This document shows positions 8,926 through 16,672 of a stretch of DNA of 33,028 bases, piece by piece. A program made the position numbers and the translations under genes. The notes under the pieces are model-generated. The model was not told the DNA's origin, made no database searches, and was given only the letters and a program-made list of their open reading frames with translations. The DNA is taken from contig JAHJBU010000053.1 in assembly GCA_018813375.1 (NCBI GenBank), positions 1 to 33,028 on the forward strand, given 5' to 3'. The DNA is from Patescibacteria group bacterium. GTDB taxonomy: Bacteria; Patescibacteriota; Microgenomatia; UBA1400; PJMF01. Numbering within the stretch: the stretch's first letter is position 1; every line of letters begins with the position of its first letter.

Positions 8926-9665
8926 AATTGAGGTATATACTAGTTTGTCTCTCTGTTCTAATAGGATTAGTTTTTTATTTACAATTAGCTCGACAAGAAC
9001 AAAAGACTCAAGCGACTTTTTCTCCTGTAGCTGCTAACCCCACAAATCTAGTTGATATAGGTAAACTAACTTTGGAGGATTATAAACACATTTCAGAAGA
9101 AAGCGGTGTTGTATTTGTATCAAAAAAAGATTCTCAAAAACAAATTTACTTTGATGATAAGCAGCTTCAATCATTGGAGATGTCACCTTCCCAGAAACAA
9201 GTTGCCTTTTCCTATAATCCAAACGAAACCGAAGAATTGAAAGAGAATGAACTTTCACTCATGCTTCTTGACCTAGATAGTAAAAAAGTAAAGGAGATTT
9301 TTCATACTACGTTTCCCTCTTGGGATGTAGCCGGGAATCCTGATTGGTTGGGGAATAACCATTTGGTATTCGTACGCCATTGTGGCACTTCTTGTCAGGG
9401 TCTAACGTTATTAAATATCCAGACCGGAGAGCTTAAAAACGCCACACTGTCCTATATGTCATCTTTTTCTGATCGACCAGTCTTTACTCATTTCGAAGAT
9501 TGGTTTAACACTCATTTTGAGTTAGATGGCTTTGTTAAACAAATTTTCACAGAGTTTGTAGGGGGAAAATATTATTTAGTTTTTGATATGCAAACGGATA
9601 TTGGTGAAGAAATCAACAAAAAAAAATTCCTTTTTCTTGAAAACAATCTTGCTTTAGAATCTTAA
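8922..9665 (+). CDS. hypothetical protein, N-terminally membrane-anchored or secreted
   Basis: Track ORF, ATGA-coupled to the upstream gene, with an N-terminal hydrophobic segment YILVCLSVLIGLVFYLQL. Confidence 0.6.
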   Translation: MKLRYILVCLSVLIGLVFYLQLARQEQKTQATFSPVAANPTNLVDIGKLTLEDYKHISEESGVVFVSKKDSQKQIYFDDKQLQSLEMSPSQKQVAFSYNPNETEELKENELSLMLLDLDSKKVKEIFHTTFPSWDVAGNPDWLGNNHLVFVRHCGTSCQGLTLLNIQTGELKNATLSYMSSFSDRPVFTHFEDWFNTHFELDGFVKQIFTEFVGGKYYLVFDMQTDIGEEINKKKFLFLENNLALES

Positions 9666-9752
9666 TAATCTGTTGACTTCTCTATTTGTCCACTCAGGGT
9701 ATTCTAAGTAAGTTAGCCAATCAATTCGTCCGAATTCATACCATTTCTCGAG
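9654..9752 (-). pseudogene. orphan 3' gene remnant (…LEKWYEFGRIDWLTYLEYPEWTNREVNRLLRF*); paralogous remnant at 15133-15234
   Basis: The minus-strand frame gives a 32-codon tail with no start. A second copy encodes LLERWYEFGRIDWVNELEYPEWTMKEVNRFLQY*. The nucleotide core CCAATCAATTCGTCCGAATTCATACCAT is identical in both. Confidence 0.45.
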
Positions 9753-9778
9753 CCAGATGGCACTTAATATACCAAGTT
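9750..9778 (+). repeat. junction hairpin module 3 (GAGCCAGATGGCACTTAATATACCAAGTT)
   Basis: The same module follows junction motifs at 12587-12613 (…GAGCCAGTTGGTACTTAATATACCAAGTT) and 24121-24149 (…AGCTAAGTTGGCACTTAATATACCTAATT). The best copy folds as TTGGTA-cttaata-TACCAA. Confidence 0.5.
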
Positions 9779-9904
9779 ATTAGTAAGAACAGTTTTAAAT
9801 ATTTTTTGTTATGTAATAATAGGATTATGTTAAAAAAACAATTGCTAATAAATTTATTCGCCGCCCCAATAGTTTCGCTATTGAGTTTAATTTGTCAGGA
9901 CTAA

Positions 9905-10165
9905 TCAAAAAATATCAATGCATAAATTATCTGCTTCCCCAAGAGTAAAACCTCGACCAATAATAGGCTTTGAAAACTTTTCGGCTTCTGCAAAATCTAT
10001 AAAAGTTCTGGGGGTTGGGATCCCAAATCTTTCTAGATGCTTTAAACCAGATATTTTATCAAAATCAAATCTGGGAAAGACTTTTTTTTCCGCATGATCA
10101 GTTGGAGAACCAAATTCTGTCATAGAATACATTCTATCAGAAGTTTTCTCACACCTGGATTTCAT
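9905..10165 (-). CDS. hypothetical protein (86 aa), possibly a gene fragment
   Basis: Track ORF only, with no recognisable motif. It lies between the junction-type modules at 9750 and 10185. Confidence 0.3.
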   Translation of the reverse strand: MKSRCEKTSDRMYSMTEFGSPTDHAEKKVFPRFDFDKISGLKHLERFGIPTPRTFIDFAEAEKFSKPIIGRGFTLGEADNLCIDIF

Positions 10166-10184
10166 ATAAAGTTATGATGAAGAA

Positions 10185-10214
10185 AAGTCCTAACTTGGTC
10201 TAACGCGGGGAGCA
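10185..10214 (+). repeat. cassette-junction motif, copy A
   Basis: AAGTCCTAACTTGGTCTAACGCGGGGAGCA. Confidence 0.8.
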
Positions 10215-10291
10215 TAGAGATTTTAGATTGGTATATCAACTTATTTTTTTAATAAATATTTTGTTTACACCTTTTGATATATAATTTGAGC

Positions 10292-10927
10292 ATGAATAAA
10301 AATTTGGTGGTAGTTTTTGATTTTGACGGGACTATTGCTGATTCAGCACAAGCTACTATTGGCATATTTGATCAACTTTCCAAAGAATTTAATCTTGGTA
10401 AATCAGGGAGATACTTATTCGATATATACCGGGAAAAAGGAGCTAGGGAATTAGTTAAGGAATTAAAAATTCCTCTTAGGAAATTACCCACCTTGCTAAA
10501 GCGATATAGAGAGGAGTCAGCAAGAATAATTAAGGATCTAAAGCCGATAAGGCAAGTTGATGGCATGCTTGAAAAATTGAAAAATGAAGGTTTTGCCCTG
10601 GGAATACTTACTTCTAATTCAGGAGAAAATGTCGGGAAGTTTATTGAGAAAAATAAATTATTTTTTTTTGACTTCATTTATTCAGAGGGAAGCTTTTTTG
10701 GAAAAGATAAAGTAATAAAAAAGATGTTAAAGAATCAGCATCTTGATTCAAAACAAACTATTTACGTTGGTGATGAGGCGCGAGATATTGATGCTGCTAG
10801 AAAAGCTGGGATTAAGGTTATTGCGGCGACTTGGGGCTTCAATTCGGATGAGATCTTAAAGAAGAGTAATCCAGATTATTTAGTAAATAATCCTAAGGAA
10901 TTGGTTGAGATAGTAAAAAAGTTCTAA
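10292..10927 (+). CDS. HAD-superfamily hydrolase (phosphoglycolate phosphatase-like subfamily IA)
   Basis: Motif I VVFDFDGTIADS, motif II GILTSNS, motif IV YVGDEARDIDAARKAG. I prefer ATG 10292 (MNKNLVVV…) over the track TTG start at 10274. The TAA stop lies inside junction motif copy B. Confidence 0.85.
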   Translation: MNKNLVVVFDFDGTIADSAQATIGIFDQLSKEFNLGKSGRYLFDIYREKGARELVKELKIPLRKLPTLLKRYREESARIIKDLKPIRQVDGMLEKLKNEGFALGILTSNSGENVGKFIEKNKLFFFDFIYSEGSFFGKDKVIKKMLKNQHLDSKQTIYVGDEARDIDAARKAGIKVIAATWGFNSDEILKKSNPDYLVNNPKELVEIVKKF

Positions 10928-10948
10928 CTTGGTCCAACCCGGGGAGCA
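10919..10948 (+). repeat. cassette-junction motif, copy B
   Basis: AAGTTCTAACTTGGTCCAACCCGGGGAGCA; contains the TAA stop of the HAD gene. Confidence 0.85.
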
Positions 10949-10983
10949 AGTGATAAAAAAACCTATAGATGGCTATTTTTTTC
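10949..10983. terminator. junction module 2 (degenerate copy of the A-run/hairpin/T-run terminator module)
   Basis: AGTGATAAAAAAACCTATAGATGGCTATTTTTTT aligns with the better copies at 16452, 21698, 15233 and 27653, but the stem is degraded here. It overlaps the stop of the minus-strand Fic gene. Confidence 0.35.
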
Positions 10984-11971
10984 TATCGCGATTTTTAATA
11001 TATTTTTCTACTGCCTGAACGGTAGTTACCCAATTTCGTCCCTGCTTATGAGCTTCCAGCTTTCCATTTCTGGCTAATAAATTTAAATACTCTGCACTAT
11101 AAGGAGTCTTTTTACTGATTTCAGATAAAAATTTAAACTTTTTCTTTTGGTCATTGGTTGGTTGTAGGGCTTTTAAATAAATATCCAACGATCTTTCCAC
11201 AGCCTGAGTCACAAATCTGACTAAAGGCACATACTCACCCTGATCAGCTCTGTCTAAAACTCGGTAGTATTTTTTACGGTCATTTTTAAGCAAAATAGCC
11301 AATGGATAGCCCGCTCGCATTAAGATAATATTCATCATCAATCTGGCAGTCCGGCCATTACCATCAAAAAAGGGATGAATTTTAACTAATTTATGATGAA
11401 ACATAGCTGCCAACTCCACAGAGTGCAATGTCTTTTGATTTTTAGCAAACCAACTCATCAATTTATTCATCTGGTTTGGAACTTGTAAGGCATCTGGAGG
11501 AATATGGTCTGAGCCACCAATTACTACATTCCCAGTTCGGTACTGGCCTGCAAATTCTTCCTCAGTTTTTTTGACCACCAATTGATGAAAACTCTTCAGT
11601 AAGTGTTCTGAAAGAGTTGGTTGTGCCTCATGGCTAATCAAGTCATATAAAAACTCCAGAGCAGCATGATGATCTTTAGCTTCCAGATGATCCTTCAGTG
11701 GCTTGCCCTTAATAGTTAATCCTTCACGAATGACCCAGTAAGTTTCTTTTAAAGTCAAGCTGTTGCCCTCGATTCCATTAGAGTTGCAAGTCATCTCAAT
11801 CTTAAATTGCTCGCGCAGTTTTTTAACAGCTCCAGTAGGAAGTGGACGTAAAGATTGTAAAGTTTTTAGTTTTTGGTCTAAACGGGTTTGTAGGAACTTG
11901 GGTAGATATGTCATATTATTAGTATGGTTTATATTAAAATCAATACTATCCCATATTAAGAAATAAGTCAA
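10973..11971 (-). CDS. Fic/DOC family protein (Fic-1)
   Basis: Fic motif HPFFDGNGRTARLMMN. The start is likely the ATG at 11914 (MTYLPKFLQ…) rather than the track start at 11971. Confidence 0.85.
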   Translation of the reverse strand: MTYFLIWDSIDFNINHTNNMTYLPKFLQTRLDQKLKTLQSLRPLPTGAVKKLREQFKIEMTCNSNGIEGNSLTLKETYWVIREGLTIKGKPLKDHLEAKDHHAALEFLYDLISHEAQPTLSEHLLKSFHQLVVKKTEEEFAGQYRTGNVVIGGSDHIPPDALQVPNQMNKLMSWFAKNQKTLHSVELAAMFHHKLVKIHPFFDGNGRTARLMMNIILMRAGYPLAILLKNDRKKYYRVLDRADQGEYVPLVRFVTQAVERSLDIYLKALQPTNDQKKKFKFLSEISKKTPYSAEYLNLLARNGKLEAHKQGRNWVTTVQAVEKYIKNRDRKK

Positions 11972-11997
11972 GAATTTATTGTAAATTTAGGTTAAAC

Positions 11998-12027
11998 AAG
12001 TCCTAACTTGATCCAGCACGGGGAGCA
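11998..12027 (+). repeat. cassette-junction motif, copy C
   Basis: AAGTCCTAACTTGATCCAGCACGGGGAGCA. Confidence 0.8.
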
Positions 12028-12138
12028 TCAAATATCACGGAAAGACACGCAAAATATACTTGTGTGCTATGGTTAAATAGAAGAATTATTTATGATTTTC
12101 CAGTTTGAATGTTAATCCACAAAAAGATATATTAACTT

Positions 12139-12501
12139 ATGGCTTGGTTTGGTATGTTTAGCTATTACGGCAATATTAGTGAAGAGGGACTTGTGCTTTC
12201 AGATATTTTTGGAAAAAAAATTATCCCCTGGGATGATATCTTGAGAGTAAAAACAACTTCTCACAATGAAGATTTTTGGGCATATATCATAGTCACAAAT
12301 GATAATAAATATATTGTCCGCGCAGATTGTGATGATTTTGAAAGTTTATTAGTAGAAAAAGCACTTCTCGAACTTTATAAAATAAGTAAAATGGATCCTA
12401 AACGTAAAAAAATATGGAAAAAAATAGGTCATTCATATAAACATATAAACTTCCAAGATTGGCTAGACGATAAATTTCATGTATATAACATTGCCAGATA
12501 A
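12139..12501 (+). CDS. hypothetical protein (120 aa)
   Basis: Track ORF that fills the cassette between junction copies C and D. No motif recognised. Confidence 0.55.
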   Translation: MAWFGMFSYYGNISEEGLVLSDIFGKKIIPWDDILRVKTTSHNEDFWAYIIVTNDNKYIVRADCDDFESLLVEKALLELYKISKMDPKRKKIWKKIGHSYKHINFQDWLDDKFHVYNIAR

Positions 12502-12560
12502 CTATCTAATCTGTTTATTTTAAAGTAACCATATTTCAAATATCCCTTTACCCATTTCCT

Positions 12561-12613
12561 AGTTCGAGTAGTGACCAGCCCGTGGAGCCAGTTGGTACTT
12601 AATATACCAAGTT
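12561..12613 (+). repeat. cassette-junction motif, degenerate copy D, plus hairpin module 3
   Basis: AGTTCGAGTAGTGACCAGCCCGTGGAGCCA followed by GTTGGTACTTAATATACCAAGTT. Confidence 0.6.
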
Positions 12614-12698
12614 TAGCTTCATTCAAAGCTTGGAGTGCTGATGTGTCAATCTCCAATAACGACTGCCCTAACGGGTGTGCCTGAAATGCCTCGAATTT

Positions 12699-13142
12699 TT
12701 AATGGATACGCTTCAACTTATCAATTAAATATTGAGCATCTTCTGGATGCATCCGCTTATCTTTCTCATTTTTTCCTTCAAGGAGTTGATCCATAATTCC
12801 TGTTCTTAAAATAACTGCTTTATTAGTAAGATTTTCCTTATCAAGTTGTTTTCTTAACTCATTGCCGGGGATAAATTCATCTTGTAAGTTGTAAAAATCA
12901 ACGACAACTGCCTCGCGTTGAAAATAATCAATAGGAAACTCATTGATCTTTTTACCATCCTTGAGAAAATAATGTGGTGACTGAATATGGGTGCCATCGG
13001 CACTGTTGGTAGAAAAGTTATAACAGAATTCTTTGTCTTTACCAAAAGCACTATAGGGATCACTTATTTGAAGTGGTTTATCGCCAGGGTAAACCCAGTT
13101 TCCCATCCACATTGTGATATCGATTATTTTCATACACCTCAT
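12699..13142 (-). CDS. cyclase-family (kynurenine formamidase-like) protein, apparently C-terminally truncated
   Basis: IIDITMWMGNWVYPGDKP … ADGTHIQSPHYF … REAVVVDF … AVILRTG follows the putative-cyclase pattern (DLS…PG.P; H.GTH.D.P.H; avv.D; lrTG). The protein ends ~50 aa before the usual C-terminus. Confidence 0.5.
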   Translation of the reverse strand: MRCMKIIDITMWMGNWVYPGDKPLQISDPYSAFGKDKEFCYNFSTNSADGTHIQSPHYFLKDGKKINEFPIDYFQREAVVVDFYNLQDEFIPGNELRKQLDKENLTNKAVILRTGIMDQLLEGKNEKDKRMHPEDAQYLIDKLKRIH

Positions 13143-13222
13143 GGTATCATAAACTGACTAAGCGAAGGTTTAACTTTCTCTATTTCCTCTTCGATTTGAG
13201 CAACAAGCCTAAAGTTTTCCTT
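13139..13222 (-). pseudogene. orphan 3' gene remnant (…ENFRLVAQIEEEIEKVKPSLSQFMIP*), ATGA-coupled to the cyclase-like gene; paralogous remnant at ~24590-24655
   Basis: The minus frame is bounded upstream by TAG and has no start codon. The second copy encodes …DLRLVAQIGEEIEKVYYL…. The two share TTTGAGCAACAAGCCTAA and differ mostly at third codon positions (gag/gaa, ata/atc, gtt/gta). Confidence 0.45.
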
Positions 13223-13265
13223 CTAATATAAAATCAAGTACGTTTTTGTTAGAATAATATTCAAT

Positions 13266-13781
13266 ATGGAACAACAAAAATGTTATGAGAATTACCCTGC
13301 TTGGATTGTAGTAATCTCAAATCTTATTTCATTTTCCACATATTTCATAGGCGGGTTTATTGTTTACCAAATTGGTTCCTTGTGGCTCGCGTTATACATA
13401 CTATATATCTTAATTTTGGAATTAAAATTGTTGGGGGGACATTGTGTGAACTGTTACTACTACGGAAAGATCTGTGCTTTTGGGAAAGGAAGATTAAGCA
13501 GCTTATTCTTCAAAAAAGGTGAATCAAGTAAATTTTGTAAAAATAAAATGACCTGGAAAGATATTGTTCCAGACTTTCTGGTTTCAGTTATACCTATCAT
13601 TGTCGGAATTATCTCCCTAATAATTCATTTCAACTGGTTAATCCTGTTTTTTATGGTGTTACTTTTTATTCTTGGGTTTTCTGGAAGCGCAATAGTAAGA
13701 AGTCAGCTGGCATGTAAATTTTGTAAGCAACGGAAACTAGGGTGTCCAGCTGAAAAATTATTTGAAAAAACTAAAAAGTGA
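13266..13781 (+). CDS. Cys-rich integral membrane protein (about 4 TM segments)
   Basis: Track ORF with long hydrophobic segments and CxxC pairs (CVNCYYYGKIC; CKFCKQRKLGC). Confidence 0.65.
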   Translation: MEQQKCYENYPAWIVVISNLISFSTYFIGGFIVYQIGSLWLALYILYILILELKLLGGHCVNCYYYGKICAFGKGRLSSLFFKKGESSKFCKNKMTWKDIVPDFLVSVIPIIVGIISLIIHFNWLILFFMVLLFILGFSGSAIVRSQLACKFCKQRKLGCPAEKLFEKTKK

Positions 13782-13807
13782 TTTACATAGTGGCAGTGTG
13801 AGCAAGC

Positions 13808-13837
13808 ATCTTAATCTGATTTGGTCTTATCGAGCTT
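13808..13837 (+). repeat. possible highly degenerate cassette-junction motif
   Basis: TCTTAATCTGATTTGGTCTTATCGAGCT aligns loosely with (AG)TCTTAACTTGGTCCAAC…GAGC. It sits exactly between the membrane-protein gene and the RhuM pseudogene. Confidence 0.3.
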
Positions 13838-13874
13838 TTCCTGTCCATATTAAAACTTAGTATCAAAATAAATT

Positions 13875-14600
13875 ATGGCTAAACAATTGCAAAAACCAAC
13901 TAAACGTCTCGAAATCGATACCTTTAAGCGTGAGTCGGATTTCCTGCTGTACACCACTCCTGATGGTAAGGTTAGGTTGGAAATTTTTGTTAAGGATGAA
14001 AATATTTGGTTAACTCAAGGAAAAATTGACCAACTTTTTGGAGTTCAGCGACCAGCTGTTACAAAACACCTAATAAATATTTTTGAAAGTGGTGAGCTTG
14101 AGGAAAATTCAGTTAGTTCTATTTTGGAACATACCACTCAACATGGCGCTATGAAAGGAAAAACTCAAAAATAAAGTGTTAAATACTACAACCTCGATGC
14201 CATTATCTCTGTTGGTTATCGAGTCAACTCAGCTCAAGCTACCCACTTTCGTATTTGGGCAACGGAGCGGCTAAAAGAATACATCATTAAAGGCTTCATT
14301 ATGGATGATGAGCGACTCAAGGACCCACAGCGGATTTTTGGCAAGGATTATTTTAGAGAACTACTTGAGAGGATCCGCTCGATCCGTGCCAGTGAGCGCC
14401 GAATTTACCAGCAGATTACGGATATTTTTGCAGAGTGCAGTATCGACTATGATTCTCACTCTCAAACCACCAAGGACTTTTTTGTCACCGTTCAAAATAA
14501 ATTCCACTTTGCCATAACATGCCATACGGCTGCCGAGATTATTGATGAACGAGTTGATCGTAAGCGACCCAATATGGGGCTTGCAACTTGGAAACAAGCA
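13875..14600 (+). pseudogene. RhuM-family virulence-associated protein, with an in-frame TAA at 14172-14174 and a 3' truncation
   Basis: Track ORFs 13875-14174 and 14301-14696 are in the same frame. Reading through the TAA gives …GKTQK*SVKYYNLDAIISVGYRVNSAQATHFRIWATERLKEYIIKGF…, the conserved RhuM core. Family similarity stops near …GLATWKQAP (~14600), where the minus-strand tspO gene begins to overlap. Confidence 0.75.
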
Positions 14601-14624
14601 CCAGTTTTATTTAATTCTAATTCT

Positions 14625-15095
14625 TCAATTCAAAACCACAATCGCCGCATTGAGCAAGGTGGCAAAACTAACCCACAAGAGGTACGGTACGAGTAAATAC
14701 AAAGCCAATCGAGATAATGGATAAAATTTCTTCATAGTCATCACGATCAACACCCACATCGCCACAATTACGATTAGTCCTAATAAAGGCGCTCTGAGTC
14801 CAAAAAAGATAGGTGACCAGATAAAGTTAAGACCAAGTTGCGCTAAAAAGTATTTGCCCGCGGTAGCAATCTTCTTTTTCTGCCAGCCTTGCTTCCAAAT
14901 CAAATAAAAAGAAACTCCCATCAGGAAGTATAAAAGTGTCCAGACTGGTCCAAATAGCCAGTTGGGCGGAGCAAAGAATGGCTTGTTAAGTGTGGCGTAC
15001 CAAGTAGGGATAGCAGAGATGGTAAATAGTGTACCCAGAAAACCCACTAGTTCACAGCCAACCACAGAAATAATAAGTTTGGGCAAGTCTTTCAT
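14625..15095 (-). CDS. tspO: TspO/MBR family tryptophan-rich sensory protein
   Basis: 156 aa, five TM segments. WYATLNKPFFAPPNWLFGPVWTLLYFLMG and LLVPYLLWVSFATLLN are characteristic of the family. Confidence 0.85.
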   Translation of the reverse strand: MKDLPKLIISVVGCELVGFLGTLFTISAIPTWYATLNKPFFAPPNWLFGPVWTLLYFLMGVSFYLIWKQGWQKKKIATAGKYFLAQLGLNFIWSPIFFGLRAPLLGLIVIVAMWVLIVMTMKKFYPLSRLALYLLVPYLLWVSFATLLNAAIVVLN

Positions 15096-15132
15096 CTACC
15101 TACAGTATGAAACAAATTCGCAAAATGGGCAA

Positions 15133-15234
15133 TCAATACTGTAAGAATCGATTCACTTCCTTCATCGTCCACTCGGGATACTCCAGCTCATTCACCCAAT
15201 CAATTCGTCCGAATTCATACCATCGTTCGAGCAA
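15133..15234 (-). pseudogene. orphan 3' gene remnant (LLERWYEFGRIDWVNELEYPEWTMKEVNRFLQY*), paralog of 9654-9752
   Basis: See 9654-9752. It is joined at GAGC to terminator module 2. Confidence 0.45.
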
Positions 15235-15264
15235 ATGATAAAAAGACCTATGAATAGGTTTTTT
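15233..15264. terminator. junction module 2: A-run / hairpin / T-run intrinsic terminator
   Basis: AAATGATAAAAAGACCTATGAATAGGTTTTTTAT; stem ACCTA/TAGGT. Confidence 0.5.
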
Positions 15265-15305
15265 ATTTAAACATATTTTGTTCATCAAAATTAATATATT
15301 TCATA

Positions 15306-15359
15306 GTTTACAATTAAGTTTACAAAAGGGTTTACAATTAATTGTTTTATCTATATACT
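15306..15359 (+). promoter_or_regulatory. three GTTTACAA direct repeats at exact 12-nt period, overlapping a candidate promoter of Fic-2
   Basis: GTTTACAA occurs at ~15306, 15318 and 15330. The third supplies TTTACA, 17 nt upstream of TATACT (~15354); the ATG is at 15386. Confidence 0.45.
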
Positions 15360-15385
15360 ATTTTTAGTATTTAAAAAATAAGAGC

Positions 15386-16405
15386 ATGTTTCAACCTAAG
15401 TTTACCCTAACTTCATTGCTTCTAGACAATCTTTCTAAAATTGAAAGATTCTATGGGCAGTTAGAGGCTCTTAAAATTCCCAAAAAACTAGAACTTAATT
15501 TAGAACGAGATAATTTGATTCAATCAACTTATGTTTCAAATAGTATCGAAGGAAACCCATTGTCACTGCCAGAAGTTACTAATTTACTCTTAGATGGCAG
15601 AGTGCCAGCAAATCGTGATGAAAAAGAAGTTAAAAACTATTTTGAGCTCCTTAAGAATTTGCCAAATATGACTACTAAATATTTAGATCTTGGATTAGTG
15701 ACAGATCTTCATTCTAAGTTATTAGTTGGAGTGAATGATGAAATTGCTGGGAAAATTAGAAATAAAAAAGTGGTAGTCGGTGGATATAAAAAAAATGATG
15801 GTGAGCTTAAGCTAGTGGTTAAGCACGATCCCCCTTATCATAAACAAGCACAAATAGGCGATTACTTGACTAAGTTACTATCTTGGTCAAATGAATCGTC
15901 AGAACAAGCAATTTTAAAAGCTGGAATATTTCATCATCAATATGTTTACCTGCATCCCTTTATGGATGGTAATGGTCGGACTTGTCGCTTATTAACAGCT
16001 TTCGTTTTGTTAAAAAATGAGTATCAAATTAATAAATACTTTGTTTTAGATGATTACTATGACTTGGACAGAAAAGAGTACTCAGATAAACTAAATAGTG
16101 CTGATCAAGGTGATAAAACAGAGTGGCTAGAATACTTTACGAGTGGAGTTAGGTATTCCTTACAAAGTTCATTGGGTCGGGTTAATAACATGATGAAAAC
16201 TTTAAAAGTTGAAAATAGACCTACTTCTAAAGAAACAGAAGTTTTAGCTTTTCTTGAACAGAATCAGCAAATCACTTCCAGTGATTTAGCCGATCACCTT
16301 GAAGTAAGTCGCCAACAAGCTCATAAATTTTTGGCTTCTTTATTGGAAAAAGGATTGATTGATAAAAAAGGTGAAACTAAAAAAAGTTATTATTTTATTA
16401 AGTGA
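15386..16405 (+). CDS. Fic family protein with C-terminal winged-helix domain (Fic-2)
   Basis: Fic motif HPFMDGNGRTCRLLTA. The C-terminal ITSSDLADHLEVSRQQAHKFLASLLEKGLI is HTH-like. Confidence 0.85.
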   Translation: MFQPKFTLTSLLLDNLSKIERFYGQLEALKIPKKLELNLERDNLIQSTYVSNSIEGNPLSLPEVTNLLLDGRVPANRDEKEVKNYFELLKNLPNMTTKYLDLGLVTDLHSKLLVGVNDEIAGKIRNKKVVVGGYKKNDGELKLVVKHDPPYHKQAQIGDYLTKLLSWSNESSEQAILKAGIFHHQYVYLHPFMDGNGRTCRLLTAFVLLKNEYQINKYFVLDDYYDLDRKEYSDKLNSADQGDKTEWLEYFTSGVRYSLQSSLGRVNNMMKTLKVENRPTSKETEVLAFLEQNQQITSSDLADHLEVSRQQAHKFLASLLEKGLIDKKGETKKSYYFIK

Positions 16406-16421
16406 TTCTTAGTAAGTAAAT

Positions 16422-16451
16422 AAGTCCTAACATAGTCCAGCCCGGGGAGCA
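16422..16451 (+). repeat. cassette-junction motif, copy E
   Basis: AAGTCCTAACATAGTCCAGCCCGGGGAGCA. Confidence 0.8.
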
Positions 16452-16484
16452 AGTGATAAAAAGACCTATAAATAGGTCTTTTTT
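16452..16484. terminator. junction module 2: bidirectional intrinsic terminator (best copy)
   Basis: AGTGATAAAAAGACCTATAAATAGGTCTTTTTT; stem AAAGACCTA/TAGGTCTTT flanked by A5 and T6. Confidence 0.7.
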
Positions 16485-16491
16485 GTTTGTA

Positions 16492-16500
16492 TGATATACT
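16492..16500 (+). promoter_or_regulatory. extended -10 element TGATATACT upstream of the Nudix leader (a duplicate lies at ~21738)
   Basis: Read directly from the sequence. It is followed by a ~70-nt leader up to ATG 16574. Confidence 0.4.
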
Positions 16501-16672
16501 CTAGTTTATGCACAGCATCTTGTGTACCTGCTGATTTTTCGGCACTACGCTTGAAAAAGTCAGGGTCCGTAATATGAAAAAATGGCAACTAATTTCAGCC
16601 GAAGATATTTCTCCCAGCAAATGGTTTCCTTTGGAAAAGAGAAGCTATCAACTTCCCAATGGAAAACAAATT

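Noticed and set aside
9686-9904. Track ORF of 72 aa on the + strand
   Set aside because: It runs through the repeated junction modules (the WYEFGRIDW remnant on the opposite strand and hairpin module 3), and it has no support from paralogs in this frame.
10185-10214. Xer/dif-like or serine-recombinase att site with dyad symmetry
   Set aside because: Only a short TTGGTCCAA palindrome exists in some copies, and it is not conserved in copies A, C, E, H or M. No 11-6-11 dif-type arm structure is present.
12591-12613. tRNA fragment: TTGGTA-CTTAATA-TACCAA looks like an anticodon arm (anticodon TAA)
   Set aside because: There is no acceptor, D or T arm around any of the three copies, and position 37 would be a pyrimidine. 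I treat it as a junction hairpin module.
14172-14174. In-frame TAA in the RhuM gene as evidence for stop-codon reassignment
   Set aside because: TAA, TAG and TGA all terminate well-supported genes throughout the window at family-consistent lengths, so a nonsense mutation is the simpler reading.
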